From Amoebophrya sp. A120 (Eukaryota > Protista > Dinoflagellata): a stretch of 64,000 nucleotides of DNA. The DNA lies in NCBI GenBank assembly GCA_905178155.1, contig CAJINV010000002.1, positions 11,971,102 to 12,035,101 of the forward strand, in the 5' to 3' direction. The notes beneath the pieces are model-generated. The model ran no database searches, was not told the DNA's origin, and was given only the letters and a program-made list of their open reading frames with translations. A program made the position numbers and the translations under genes. Of the stretch, positions 1-12,037 are shown in pieces (position 1 is the stretch's first letter; every line of letters begins with the position of its first letter).

Positions 1-1064
1 CACTCGCACTCACTCTCACGCATTGCATTTTCATGTATGACTACAGCGCTGGACTGGGTATGTTGCGTCTCATCTCGTCGATTTCGTTGATCACGGCATG
101 ATGCTTCTTCTCGCCTGTCCTCGGTTTCGTGCTTCTTGATTGTTTCGTCCTCGTGCAAAAACACTGACTGCGTCCGCAAGAAAAGCTGCAAAGCACTCGT
201 AAAATAAACGTTTCTGACGTCAAAATTCGTTTCTTCGTCTTGTTTGTCGTCGTGACAATCCACTTTGTACTTGCAGCGGATTTCCTCGTGCAACATTTAC
301 ATTTCGTCCGTCGTTTTTCAGGCCGATGCAATTTTCTGCACTAATCCTCTTCATACGTCGTGCGTTTTCTTGGCAATGTGTAGATATATATTCCGACATT
401 CCACCACCTCCTCCACCTCCAGAGTCAAGGATATTGTTGTCTCCCCGTAGTTGATAGACAAGTCCCGACTTTTCCGATTCTCCTTTTTACAGCGTTTGTG
501 TCCTCTTAAGTAGTAGATTTTAGATTAATGGTCATCCCGTGGTTGCATCCAGGTCAAATAGCACGGCTGCCAATTCTTGTTTAGTTCGGTCAACCGCAAC
601 CGCAACACAATTGCTCAAACTCTTTACTTTTTTACGTGAATAAGTGTAAGCGAAATGAACAAGGCGAAGAACACTAGAGCATGAGAAGGGCATTTCCCCA
701 GCACGGAAGCAGAAACGTGCCTTGCACATCTGGAGCAAGGGGCGGTCTTTCTATCCCGATCTTCCTGGTAATTATCCTTGCCGCCATGAAGAGAGCCGTA
801 CTTGCGCGACATCCCCCAGGGTCCTTCAATCGGGCTGGAAAACACCTTGCCGCCTTTGCGTTGGTTGCACAAGGACCGATATCGTACGCAAAAGCTGCAG
901 CACTGTGAGGACTTTGTTCAATATTTTATTGTTGCCAAATGAGGAAGCGGAAAGCGAAAAGCGTTGTTCCACGGGGAACCAGTAATTGCATCGTGCATGT
1001 ATTCTTACATCCAACAGATGAAGCCCAGCGACAAGATAACAAGTCCCTGGGTAGCATCTAGTGA

Positions 1065-1331
1065 ATGTTGTGCTTCCGTTGTGCGTACTTGTTCATCGAC
1101 TCAGTCCGCAGTGACGCAGTTTATTTTCTTCCGCGATACCGGAGGGAAGCTCGCGCCGCGAGGAGGATCGCGGCGGACACGGCCGAGAAGATCCAGAAAC
1201 TGTTTCCCGGGGCGGAGATCCTCGACTACTCATCTGAGGACGCTGGGGAGTTTGAACAACCCCCGTGGAAGCTTGCCTATCAAAATGAAAATCATTGCCC
1301 CATACAATATAGGCGTACGTCGTTGAAGTAA
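1065..1331 (+). CDS. Possible coding exon (perhaps an upstream exon of the giant Cys-repeat gene)
   Basis: Protein-like open frame (REARAARRIAADTAEKIQKLFPGAEILDYSSEDAGEF) in GC-richer sequence. A GC donor at 1313 would be in phase with the acceptor at 1897. Not provable from sequence alone. Confidence 0.3.
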   Translation: MLCFRCAYLFIDSVRSDAVYFLPRYRREARAARRIAADTAEKIQKLFPGAEILDYSSEDAGEFEQPPWKLAYQNENHCPIQYRRTSLK

Positions 1332-1694
1332 GTACTTGCAAATATGCATGACGATTTGTGGTGACACACAAGCAACTCGTACTCAGGGTACACTGTCTAC
1401 TCGAACTTGTATTTCGGATTTTGCATTGCAATTATGTATTCACACCGACGTCGTCATCTGTAAAGCACTCACTGGAGCACCCGTGCACACAGAAGTCTGC
1501 CAGGACGAGCGTTCGCTGAGAATTCGTGTGAGGCAGCGTTTTCATCATGATGGCGAAGACCTCAACACTGTAGGGAATGTTCCATATCAAAGAAATAAAA
1601 ACTGCGTGTGCTAGTGTTGTGGCAGAATATATAAATACAGAACAACGAACCCGACCTCTATAAATAAAATGGACACTATCAATAATATGTTGGA

Positions 1695-4600
1695 ATGAAA
1701 CGTCTCAGGCCGCGGTCGCTGTTTAGACATACGCGTCGAAGTTTGCCACTATTATTCCCATGCGATAGTCGTTCCCGTCCCGTCTGCCTGAAGAACTTGT
1801 ATTTATTTTCTTTCCATCTACTGCTACTGCAAGTGCAAGTGCAATCGCAAAGTCCTCTAGCCTTGCATCACACTATCACACGTTTTCTCTTCCATAGTGG
1901 AGCATGGGAAGACACCGAAGTTCTGGAAAAAAACGCTGACGATGCGGCAAGATACGGTCTAGTACCTGGTACTTGTCAGGCGCCCGTCGCTAACAAGGAG
2001 AAGAAGCCCCCGAGTGTGCTCGCGGACAAAACCTGCCAGAGCGTCTGCGTGGAAGAGGAAGACGCTTACTCCTGCTTTTTTGACCCTGCAACGCGGTGGT
2101 GTGCGTGCAAGGATTCAACAGGCAAGACCAAGCCGAAGTACGAAGTAGAGAGCGCAGATGCGGCTGTGACAGAAATCACGGAAGGACGGGCTGGCGAAAT
2201 TGACGCCTCATCTCCATCTTTATTTGGCGCGGGTAGGTGCACGGGTAACATCCTTCGTACCGTGAAGAATGCGGACGGGGCCACCGAGAATTGCCAGGAC
2301 CTCTGCGAAAAGAAAGAGACAGTGGTTCGCTGTTTCTTCGAGCTCACGACCGACCATGCCGGGTGCAAGTGCCGCGACAAAAATCACGAGTACGTTCCGG
2401 ACTACAAGACGCGCGAGGAAGCGGGAGCTGAGGCAGTTGTTGCGGAAACCGAAGAACTGGACGCTGGTGAAGCGGAACAAACCTTTTTCTACAGGGATCT
2501 GCTTCAGTGTGTGGCGCCTGCCGGGAAGAAAGACCTTGAGAGCGAGGTGTTTCGCGCTGTAGTGGATGGTAACAGACGGACCTGTGGGAACGTCTGTGAG
2601 CAAGACGGCAAGAACGACGCGTATTCTTGTTTTTTCGACCCCGCCACACGGGACTGTGGGTGCGTGCATTCGTTGAACAAATTCAAGCCGCATTACCTGG
2701 GCGCGGCGGAGAGCGTCCAGAGAGTGAGCGTCGAAGGCGCAGGAAGTGACGATAATAAAAACGTGGACTTCAACGGTCGCTGCAAGGGAAAGGCGACACG
2801 GACGCTTGGCGACGGTGGGAAGGGCTGCAGTGATGTGTGTGCGCAACAGCAGACCATGCTTGATTGCTTTTTCCAGGCTGACGCAAAGAGCTGCAAGTGT
2901 CGTGACGTGAACCATGAGTACCTGCCGATTTATGAAGCTGCCGATGCTGGCTCGGGCGACCAAGAGATCGTCGAGCCAACCACGGAACAGCTGACGCAGG
3001 CTGCCGCAGAACCGGACAAGAATGGAGATGGAGAGCCTGAAAGTATTGCATTGCATCGCTGCAGCGCTCCCGGAGCAGATGCCTCGATGAGCAAGGTCGA
3101 CCCGTCGAAGAGCTGTGCCACTGTCTGCACAGAAAAGAAAACCGCGTACTCCTGCTTCTTTGATCCCGCCGCGCGGGATTGTGGATGCATTGACAAACTG
3201 AATGGGTACGTCGCTCAATACGACCCTCCTACACAGGCCAGGCAGTACGTCAAAGTGGAAGACGTTGCACAAATATCGCTAGAAGCCGACCTCCTCGGCT
3301 GCACGGGAAGCGCCGTCCGCAAGGTGTCGACGTTGGCCGGCACCGAGCAAAAGTGCAGTGAGCTCTGTGTGAGCAAAACCAGTCTGATGCAGTGCTTTTT
3401 CGAGGCCGAGGCGAAGGCGTGCCTCTGTGGAGACAAGACGCATACGTATGTTCCAGAGTACGCGACCGCACCCTCGGCTGCGCCGGAAGATGAGACCGTA
3501 CACGTGGACGGTCCGACGGAAGTGAAGTTTGATCAAGCGTGGAGCGAAGCCTTCTTCCCGAAACAGTGCGCGGCGCCCTCGGACACAGACAGCAGGGTCT
3601 TCCCCCAAAAGAAGTGTGGGGAAATTTGTGAAAACAGCAACCACGATGCCTACTCCTGCTTTTTTGATCCGGCATCGCGGGACTGCGGTTGCGTGGACTC
3701 GCTGAGTCTGTACATACCCTTGTACGAGTACAAACCGGACTCAGACCCTGATGCTCTCACACAAGAGCTTGCGACCGCCGAAGCCGCTGCGAATTTCGGC
3801 AACAACCACTGCACGGGGAAGGCGCTGCGAAAACCCGGGGAAGACAGTGAACAGAACTGTCTTCAGCTCTGTGAAACCAAAACAACGGCGACTGAGTGTT
3901 TTTTCGAGGCGTTTGCGAAGGCATGCAGGTGCCGTGACAAGACTCACACTTTCATACCCGACTACGCGGACGGACAGCCCCCACCCGACGCGGTCGAGAT
4001 TGTGGACGTAGCTCCAGTAGTGCCCACAAAACTGCCATCGGCTACAGCGGGTAATTACTTACTTGATGTCGGCCGGTGCGCGGTCCCTGACGGCACCGAC
4101 GGAAGCACGAAAAGCAGGGTGTACCCAAAAGAAACCTGTACTGAAATTTGCAGCGCAAGTGGGGATGCGTATGCGTGCTTTTTTGATCCTGCAGCGCGTG
4201 ACTGCGGCTGCGTGGATAAGGGGTCGTCGGAATCGGAATCGCTGTACAAGCCAGACTACGAGCACACGCCCGCTAGTGGTCCGGCAACTCCTGTAACCAC
4301 TGAAGCAGCACGTGAAGGTACAGTCGCAACGGACTTCGGAGCAGACTGGTGTGTGGGAAAGCGACAACGCAGCCCGGAAGGCAGCGAGAAAAAATGCGAT
4401 GAAATTTGTGCAGAAAGGAACACTGCGTCGGAGTGCTTTTTCGGTACCAATTCGGAGTTGTGCAAGTGCCGCGACGTTCAGCACAAGTACATTCCGGAGT
4501 ACGCCGCGGACCAGGAACCGTCCGAGGCCGAGGAGATTGTGGACGTAGCTCCAGTAGTGCCCCAAAAACTGTCACCGGCTGAAGCGGGTAATTACTTACT

Positions 4601-7600
4601 TGATGTCGGCCGGTGCGCGGTGCCTGACGGCACCGACGGAAGCACGAAAAGCAGGGTATACCCAAAGAAAACCTGCACTGAAATTTGCAGCGCAAGTAAG
4701 GATGCGTATGCGTGCTTTTTCGATCCTGCAGCGCGGGACTGCGGCTGCGTGGATAAGGGGTCGCCGAAATCGCTGTACGAGCCAGACTACGAGCACACGC
4801 ATGCTAGTGGTAGTGAGGCAACTCCTGTAACCACTGAAGCAGCAGGTGCAGGTACAGTCGCAACGGACTTCGGAGAAGACTGGTGTGTGGGAAAGCAACA
4901 GCGCAGGCCGGAAGGCGGCGAGAAAAGATGCGATGAAATTTGTGCAGAAAGGAACACTGCGTCGGAGTGCTTTTTCGGTACCAATTCGGAGTTGTGCAAG
5001 TGCCGCGACGTTCAGCACAATTACATTCCGAAGTACGCCGCGGACCAAGAACCGTCCGAGGCCGAGGAGATTGTTCCCGAGCAGGGTGGTCCGACGCTGT
5101 TATCGTCAACCGCTGCTGCGGGCTTAGCCATGGAATGCACGGGTGATGCGGCTCGGCAAAGCAAGGTGTTGTCAAAATTCAATTGCGAGCAAGTCTGCAC
5201 CAGTCGCGAGGAAGCGTACAGGTGCCTCTTCGACCCCGCGGGGCGTGACTGCGCATGCACGGACAAGGACGGCAAGTTCACGCCAAACTACGCCTATGTT
5301 AGCGGCAGTGCAACAGTACTCACTCGAGCAGACGCGGAAAATCTGGACGCAGACCTCTTCAAAGAAAAGGGTCGCTGCACTGGCAATGAAAAAAGGGTGA
5401 GTTCCCATGATGGGAAGACTACCTGCAGGGCTTTGTGCGAGCAGCAAACGACCGCGCTTGAGTGCTTCTTCGAAGACAATACGCAGGCGTGCGACTGCCG
5501 GGACGTGAAGCATGAATACGTGCCCGACTATCACGCCTCTGAAGCAGCTGCTGGGCACCAGGGCGATCAAAATGCAGAAGCGCAGGGTCAGACTAACCCT
5601 GCGCTGGCCGGAGACTTGTCCACCGTCGCCACTGGGGGTGAGGAAACAATGCTTTTCGAGGAGGGCACAATTCCCGGCGTGGGCGGGCTGAAGTATGAAC
5701 CGACGAGCACCGGGCGCGATGCGGCCACCTTGGGGTTCGCGAACACCGTGAACGACCGGCTTCTGAAAGAAATGCACGACATGGACGCCAAACTCACCGC
5801 CGCGGCCAACGCCGCAGGCGCGGAGGCGAAACAGACGGCCGCCACCCTGCGTCCGGTGTTTCTCACGAAGCAGCTCAGGTTTTTGCAGCAGGCGGACCAG
5901 GTGACGAAGTTTTTCACGGACGAGGTGTTTACACTGATGGTGAACCAGACCACGCTGACAGCAGACGTCGCCATCGCGCTGGAGGTCTCGCAGTACGCCA
6001 ACGCGACGTCCTCGGGCGGGGCGAAGAGCGCGGCCAGCAGCCTGGTGGTGCACGAAAAAGCCGTCGAGACCGCTGCGCGCGCGTTCGCGATGCGCATGCG
6101 GCAACACTTGAACGACCACACGTCGGAGACGTCGGACCTGCCCTGGGCCGCGGAGTGGGCGCCGGAGACGTCCGCAGGTGCGACGCACCGGCCCGGGAGC
6201 GTGGTCCCGCTCTACGCGGAAGTCTCCCAAGTGAAGCAGATGGACGCGGCGCTGATCGACACTTTCCTGCGCGAAACCGTCCTGAAGAGCGGCGTGGTGG
6301 AGAATGCAAAGCCGGAGGAGGAGAAGGAACTGAACCACACCACGCAGAAGTTTTTCTACGACCTGCGTGGGGTGATGCTGGACTCCGTCGCGCTCGGGGG
6401 CGACACGGTGCAGGACCGGCGCGCGGAGCTGTACGGCCACGCCGTACGGGACCTGTTTTTCGCCACGTTCGCCGGGCCGGTGGTACTGACGGAGGCGGCG
6501 GCCCAAGAGCTGGCCGACAAGCTCGCGGCCGCAGGGAAGCCGGCCTTCGACGGGCGCTGCGCGGGTTCTGATGCGAGTGGCGACGGCTGTGAAAAGCTGT
6601 GCAGCGAAAAAGTTGACGCGCACAACTGCTTCTTCGCGGCCGAGGGGAAGAACTGCCAGTGCCACGACAAAAACTTTGAGTACTTCGCGGACTACAACAC
6701 TGCCCTCGTCGCGAGCGCCCCACCGCGCGCGGAGGCGTTCGCTGCCGAAGCCGTGATCGCAACCGACGCCCAGGAGTTTGCGCGGAAACAGCGTGTGGCG
6801 GTCAAGGCCGCCCGCGACTTGCGCACAACGGTCCTTCGCGGAGCCAGCAGCAACTTTGGCGTGTCCGCCTCTTGTTGCGGAGACGCCCTTTCCGCAGCCG
6901 AGCGATTGAGCGGAGACGCGCCCGAGCAAGCGACAGCTGCAAAAGGTTTGTTTGGGTCCGCCTCTTCTTCCTTTGCACAAACTGTGCCGGCGGTGGAGCG
7001 CTGTCCGGACGTCAAGCAACTCGCTGTAAAGATTCAGGGTGACATCACCACCGATCTGCTTGGGGACGCAAACGCTGACGTGCGGTACTTCAACCTGTAC
7101 CTGGGCGCCGACATGCTGGAAACGCAGCAGGGGCCGGAAGAGGACAGGCGTGTGCGGTTCGTTCTCCGTGAGGCCATCGTGACGAGCCCGTCGCAACCGC
7201 AAGGCGGTACGTGTGCTGCATTTGTCTCTATTGAGGTTTTCCGGTCTCATTTTTGTTTTGAATTTGATGATTTTGTTTCTAGGTAGCATCATTCCGCACG
7301 ATCCACCGTGTCGTACCACAAGAAAAATAACAACTGTAAACCAGGCATTGTTCCTTCGGTTTCGCACAAAGTGCTGGTCGTATCCGCCGTGGATTTCTTT
7401 GCGTTGGCGAAGCCGTTGTTTCAATTTTTGGAATGGGATTGCCCGGCCGAGTGCTTCGTGGTGGTGTTGGGCAGCCAGTTTGAGCTCGGCGGGCACGAGA
7501 CTATTGGGCAAGACACGCTCGCGCTCGACGAGCGGGCTTACCTTTCCTGGCTCAAGAAGCACGTGTACATGTTCAGCGACCGCGTCCGCTTCGCGCTGCT

Positions 7601-8762
7601 CAGCGCAGACTACCGGTCTCACCTCCTGGAGTGGATGGGCAGTCAGCGGCTCTCCTACAATCTGCCGGAGGAAGTTCAGACCCGGGCCCTGCTGGTGTCG
7701 AACCAGTACAACGAGCACATCGGAAGCGAACAACCCGCAGCACCGACACTAAGCCCCTACGACGTGCTTGCGCTGCTGGAGTCGCAGGTCGAGGCCCTCT
7801 GGCTGGGGCGGCAACTCCAGAAAATCAGTGCTTACCAGGAGGAAGGAGCCGACACATCGTTCGAAGTCATATCGCTCAGCGAGGGGGTCTCCTCCGCTGT
7901 GGCCTTTATAGCAGTGGGCGGGGAGTGGACGTGGCCTCCCGACGACAATGAAGGTGTGGATCGCGACGTCGCCATCAACAAGCATCATGAAAGCTGCACG
8001 AAGAAAAATTTGGACGAAAATTTTACAGCATTAATGAAGGTGCTGGACAGCTACAAGCAGAACCAGGACGACGGTGACGCCACAACCGGCGACGCCAGCG
8101 GCGGCACCGCGACCGGCGACAGCGGGACCGGCGGCACCGGCAGCACCGGGACCGGCGACGCCAGCGGCGGCGGGGACCAGGGTGCCAGCGACGCAGCCGG
8201 TACTGCTACGAGTTTTACTACACTAAAAGCTGAAGTCAACGATGAAATAAAGGAGGACGAGCGGAAAAATTTCTGCAAGCGCCTCTTTTCGTGCGTGTAC
8301 GATGGCGCCGAGCCGAAGAGCCTGATCCCGCTGTGTTTCTTCCCCCTTGACCCCGTCACGGTGCACATCCCGGACACGAAGGTACTGAGTGTGGTGGCAC
8401 CATCGCCGGACTCTGACCAGAGCAGCGAACCGCACCAACTCGTTGCCGTGCTGAGCGACCACGAAGGATCGCAGCACCAGAACATGTGCCATGTGTATGA
8501 GCCACCTAGGGCCGTGCTCACCGCGGGATGGGACGAGAAGACGACCGTACACGGCCTTGTGCTCCACCCGGATCACTGTGATGCGACGAGTACTACATGT
8601 ACTATCGTGACGGAACACGGCCAGTTCATCGAAGCTCCAACGACCAACATTCGATGGACTAAAAGGGAGGAGGGGAGGGCGTCTCTCTTCTCGGACGACA
8701 CTGTCAAGAATCTATCCCGCGTAAAAATGTTCCCACGGGATCAACGGCCACAGTATGTATAG
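1695..8762 (+). CDS. Giant (~2300 aa) cysteine-rich repeat protein, probably secreted or surface-exposed
   Basis: ORFs 1695-7286 and 7308-8762 are in the same frame and are joined by a 138-nt GT-AG intron at 7207-7344. There are seven A/B pairs of 6-Cys modules (A: AYSCFFDPAxRDCGC; B: CFF...CxCRDxxHxYxPxY) plus one extra B module. The true 5' end is uncertain because the first ~65 codons look intronic. Confidence 0.75.
3996..5074 (+). repeat. Recent intragenic tandem duplication of one A/B module pair (~535-bp unit)
   Basis: GAGATTGTGGACGTAGCTCCAGTAGTGCCC starts at 3996 and again at 4533. The two units are highly similar at DNA level, with in-frame indels. Confidence 0.9.
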
Positions 8763-9066
8763 TATGAGCATTCATGCCTAAGTACAAGTTCCTATCTAAT
8801 CCTATACTCTCTCCCGAGTAGTGGTTTGTCGTGCGAGATGAAGCAGAACTTTTCTGCCATGCCTGCTCACGCTCGGTAATGTCAACATCAAATTTTCTTT
8901 ACGAAAAAAAAAAGTCAATTCTTTAGGTGCGTAGAAAAAGACGCCCTCAAACGATCGCCGCTGCGTTGTCAGGGGCATCTACTTATTTTTTTCAGGAGGT
9001 CGCTTGTACTTTTGTGATACAGTGCCGAAGAAGCTTCCTTTCATTTTGATGGTAATATACGTACTT

Positions 9067-9120
9067 CACGTGCCTGCGGCTTTCGATTCTTCATCGCGCG
9101 GCGAAAGTCGCAGGCACGTG
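9067..9120. repeat. Intergenic 19-bp-stem hairpin
   Basis: CACGTGCCTGCGGCTTTCG-16 nt-CGAAAGTCGCAGGCACGTG; the only imperfection is a G-U pair on the + strand. Confidence 0.85.
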
Positions 9121-9172
9121 GAGCGAGTTTGCAGATCAAGTAAAATCGTGTGATGTAGTTTGGCCAAATAAT

Positions 9173-10078
9173 ATGTGGGGGGAACAAAGTTTTGCGGAAG
9201 GATACGTTTTGATAATGCACCTCTCAGACCATGATTTGGCTGAATTCGTGAAGCACGACCCAGCGGACAACCCTTTGTTCAACTCCGCCGGCGTTAAGAA
9301 GCCATTAATGAACACAGCGACCGCCCGGCGTGTTGGGGACGAGCCGCACCAGGCCGTCCGTGGGAAGAAGGAGCCTCCACCGACGAAGAAGTTCTCGTCG
9401 TGGCGTTTCTGGGTGATCGTGGTTTGTCTGTGCCTGGTCCCGCTGCTAGTCACGGCGGTCGTGGTGTACCTGCTCTGCTTTCACAAGAAGGAGGACCAGG
9501 AGGAGGAGGTTCTCGGAAATACGAATCCCCCCGCCGGCACGGACCGGACGGGCAAGAGCCTGCGTTTGGAAGAATTTCTTGCCGGGAAGAACCTATCGAG
9601 TACTAAAGCGGAGGGGGACGACAGCGACAGCTCCGAGGACGATGGAACAAAGCCTCCGAAGTCGGTGGCGGAGCTGGAGCGGGACCTTTTGGAGGCGGGT
9701 CTCGGGGGGAAGTACGCCCGGGAACTGGCACAGTGGATATTTGACCAGCAGAAGCAGGCCGAGGACCAAAAAGCGGGAACTTTTGTGGCGACCGCGTCTA
9801 CACCGCTGTACTCGGCCATGCCGACGCCCTCGGACGCAGGGGATGTGGAATTCTACAGCGCCATCTTCGGGCAAATGGAGTCCGCCACTATGGGTGCGGG
9901 ACACCACAGTGTGAAGGCTGTGAAAAGTGCCCTTCGGCGGGCGAAAAAGAAAGCAAAGGGCAAAGCGGCACCGAAGAGAAAGGTTCAGTCGGTGACGAAG
10001 CTGCGCGGATCGTCGAGGAAAATTACCAATGAGGACGTTCCGGTCGCGACGTTTTTGTCAACGCAGCAAAGGATATGA
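9173..10078 (+). CDS. Hypothetical single-pass membrane protein
   Basis: 301-aa ORF with a hydrophobic segment (FWVIVVCLCLVPLLVTAVVVYLLCF) and coding-like GC3. Start codon uncertain. Confidence 0.65.
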   Translation: MWGEQSFAEGYVLIMHLSDHDLAEFVKHDPADNPLFNSAGVKKPLMNTATARRVGDEPHQAVRGKKEPPPTKKFSSWRFWVIVVCLCLVPLLVTAVVVYLLCFHKKEDQEEEVLGNTNPPAGTDRTGKSLRLEEFLAGKNLSSTKAEGDDSDSSEDDGTKPPKSVAELERDLLEAGLGGKYARELAQWIFDQQKQAEDQKAGTFVATASTPLYSAMPTPSDAGDVEFYSAIFGQMESATMGAGHHSVKAVKSALRRAKKKAKGKAAPKRKVQSVTKLRGSSRKITNEDVPVATFLSTQQRI

Positions 10079-10364
10079 TAGTGGACAACTCTCTTCCCCT
10101 TCCCTCGCGTTCTTGTATTGCAACACAGCAAAAGCGCAAAATTCTAAGACAAATTGAATACATATACAATTCTATCCCTGTAGCCTTCGGGAAGTATGTG
10201 CAGTTGCATAAAGACAACTTCATTTGGAGGCCCAAATAGCAGTACTAAAGTATCGTGTATAAAAAGGAGCTGCAAAAATTTTCAGGAACAGGATGCTTTT
10301 GACTCTGCCCATGCGCTTTAACATCGACAAATGGGGAGGGAGTCGTGCACTATCATAAAGGCAG

Positions 10365-11024
10365 GTGCCCGGCGAGAGCGGTCTCCAGTCCGGCACAGGC
10401 TCCGCGGCCGAGCTAGGTAGTGCGGAGCAGGTCCGTGCACTTGGAGGGTTTGCGCCTGGAGTGCGGCGCGGGGCATCTCGCTCAGGTGCCGCAGCCTCGG
10501 CGAAAAAAGGAGCCCTTGGCGCTGCAGGTCCAAAGTCCTCAGGAGCTGCCAGCAGTACCGTACAACCGAAGTCAGGTGGCAGCTCAGGACGCAGCAGCAG
10601 CAAACCAAAGTCGGGCCAAGCTTCACGAGACAGCAGCAAACCCAAGTCTTCAGGACCAGCACATCAAGACAGCGGCATCCTGGCAACGTCAGGAGGGTCT
10701 AAATTCATGTCAATGGCGAAAGCCAAACTTCAAGGTCGACCAGAGGGGTCGGCGGCAGACGCCCACTCAATATTGTCCGACGAGGTCCTCATTGTGTCCG
10801 GGGACCAATCCTCTGCGTCCGCAAGCGAAGAAGTACCGCAACCAAGCTTCGCTGATCGCCAGCAGGAACGGAACCAGCGCATTGTCGAGGAGGCGCGACA
10901 GTCACGGCAGCGCGTGGCGACTGAGGGTGAGGCGGAGAGCCTCCGCCAGGCGGCACATTTCTCGCTGTACACTAGGGCCGAAGTAGAGAGCGAGGGAAGA
11001 GAGGATGCTGCTGAGGAGCTGTAG
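10365..11024 (+). CDS. Low-complexity S/G/A-rich terminal exon of a hypothetical protein (possibly continues 9173-10078)
   Basis: 219-codon open frame directly after CAG at 10362-10364, with no ATG start. The donor could not be resolved. Confidence 0.45.
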   Translation: MPGESGLQSGTGSAAELGSAEQVRALGGFAPGVRRGASRSGAAASAKKGALGAAGPKSSGAASSTVQPKSGGSSGRSSSKPKSGQASRDSSKPKSSGPAHQDSGILATSGGSKFMSMAKAKLQGRPEGSAADAHSILSDEVLIVSGDQSSASASEEVPQPSFADRQQERNQRIVEEARQSRQRVATEGEAESLRQAAHFSLYTRAEVESEGREDAAEEL

Positions 11025-12037
11025 AATCAAGAAAAGCAGCTCTCAAACTCATCTTGCTCTTCCTGCTTCGGCTTGGTATGTTGAAAGTGAATTCTAGTTG
11101 TTTCTCCGCCGTGGTTTTGAAATCTGAAATCACGACGAAGGAGAAACAAAGATGGCATCTTCACGTTTAAGTAGTTTTTTTTTTTCGTATTGTTCCTGTT
11201 AGTTTTTCCGCTACTGTATGTCTTGTCAATTGAGCCTTTTTATTTTTTGTACTCGTTTTTCTTTTTGTATTTGTGCGCATACGAACCCATTTCACAGCTG
11301 CTCGCCCGCAATCGCAAATCGAGCTCAGGCCATTTCCTTGCGGAACACGGCATTCGAAGGAGATGAAAACTTCCAGATTGCAACGCTCATTGATTTGAAT
11401 TTGATTTGTGGCCGCACATGCTGCATGTAAAATATTCCACGCTCTTCCTCGCGCTCTTGCTTCGTAGACGACAAAGACAAGCTAAAATAGCATGGGGATG
11501 ATGCTGAGTTACCCGAATCTTCAATATCGCCCCCAAAACTTGCTAGCACAAAAGAAGACCCCTGAAATTAGATTTGGACACCAAACCCATTAGATCCCCT
11601 GAAATTGCATTTCTAAACAAGTAAAGCTTTGTTTCAAGAAGTTTTTGCCATCCATTTTTAAATAGCGCTGCCTGTATTTCAATGAAAAACCAGCGACCTG
11701 CATAAGTCAAATCGAATCGTGTTCCGTATGTTTTCATGGAGTTCGAAGTGTCCGAAGGCTTTTGGCCGGCATGTTTTTCTTGTACTGCGGTAAAAGAAAA
11801 GAAACTACGTAGAACCTTAGGACAAGTCGACCGAGAAAACAACCGAAGATCCGTTTTCGTGTGGCTTTCGCTCTCAAATAAGAGTACCATCCGCCCGCGA
11901 TTACTTTGCGCAGGCACTGAAGTCGTGTCGGTGCGATCATGATGGATGATTTTGCTTCGGATACCAGCTGCTGGGTGCGGATCCGGATCATTTTTTCTAG
12001 TGCCGAGTACTAGCTGTCCCAGCAGCACAACATAATA

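Noticed and set aside
41-450. Minus-strand gene end at the window start
   Set aside because: Only short protein-like stretches are present, with no motif or consistent exon chain.
7284-7286. TAG readthrough or alternative genetic code joining two in-frame ORFs
   Set aside because: The GT-AG intron 7207-7344 removes the stop, and TAA, TAG and TGA all end recognisable genes in this window.
5172-7733. 853-aa minus-strand ORF
   Set aside because: It is the antisense shadow of a high-GC3 + strand gene and has no motifs.
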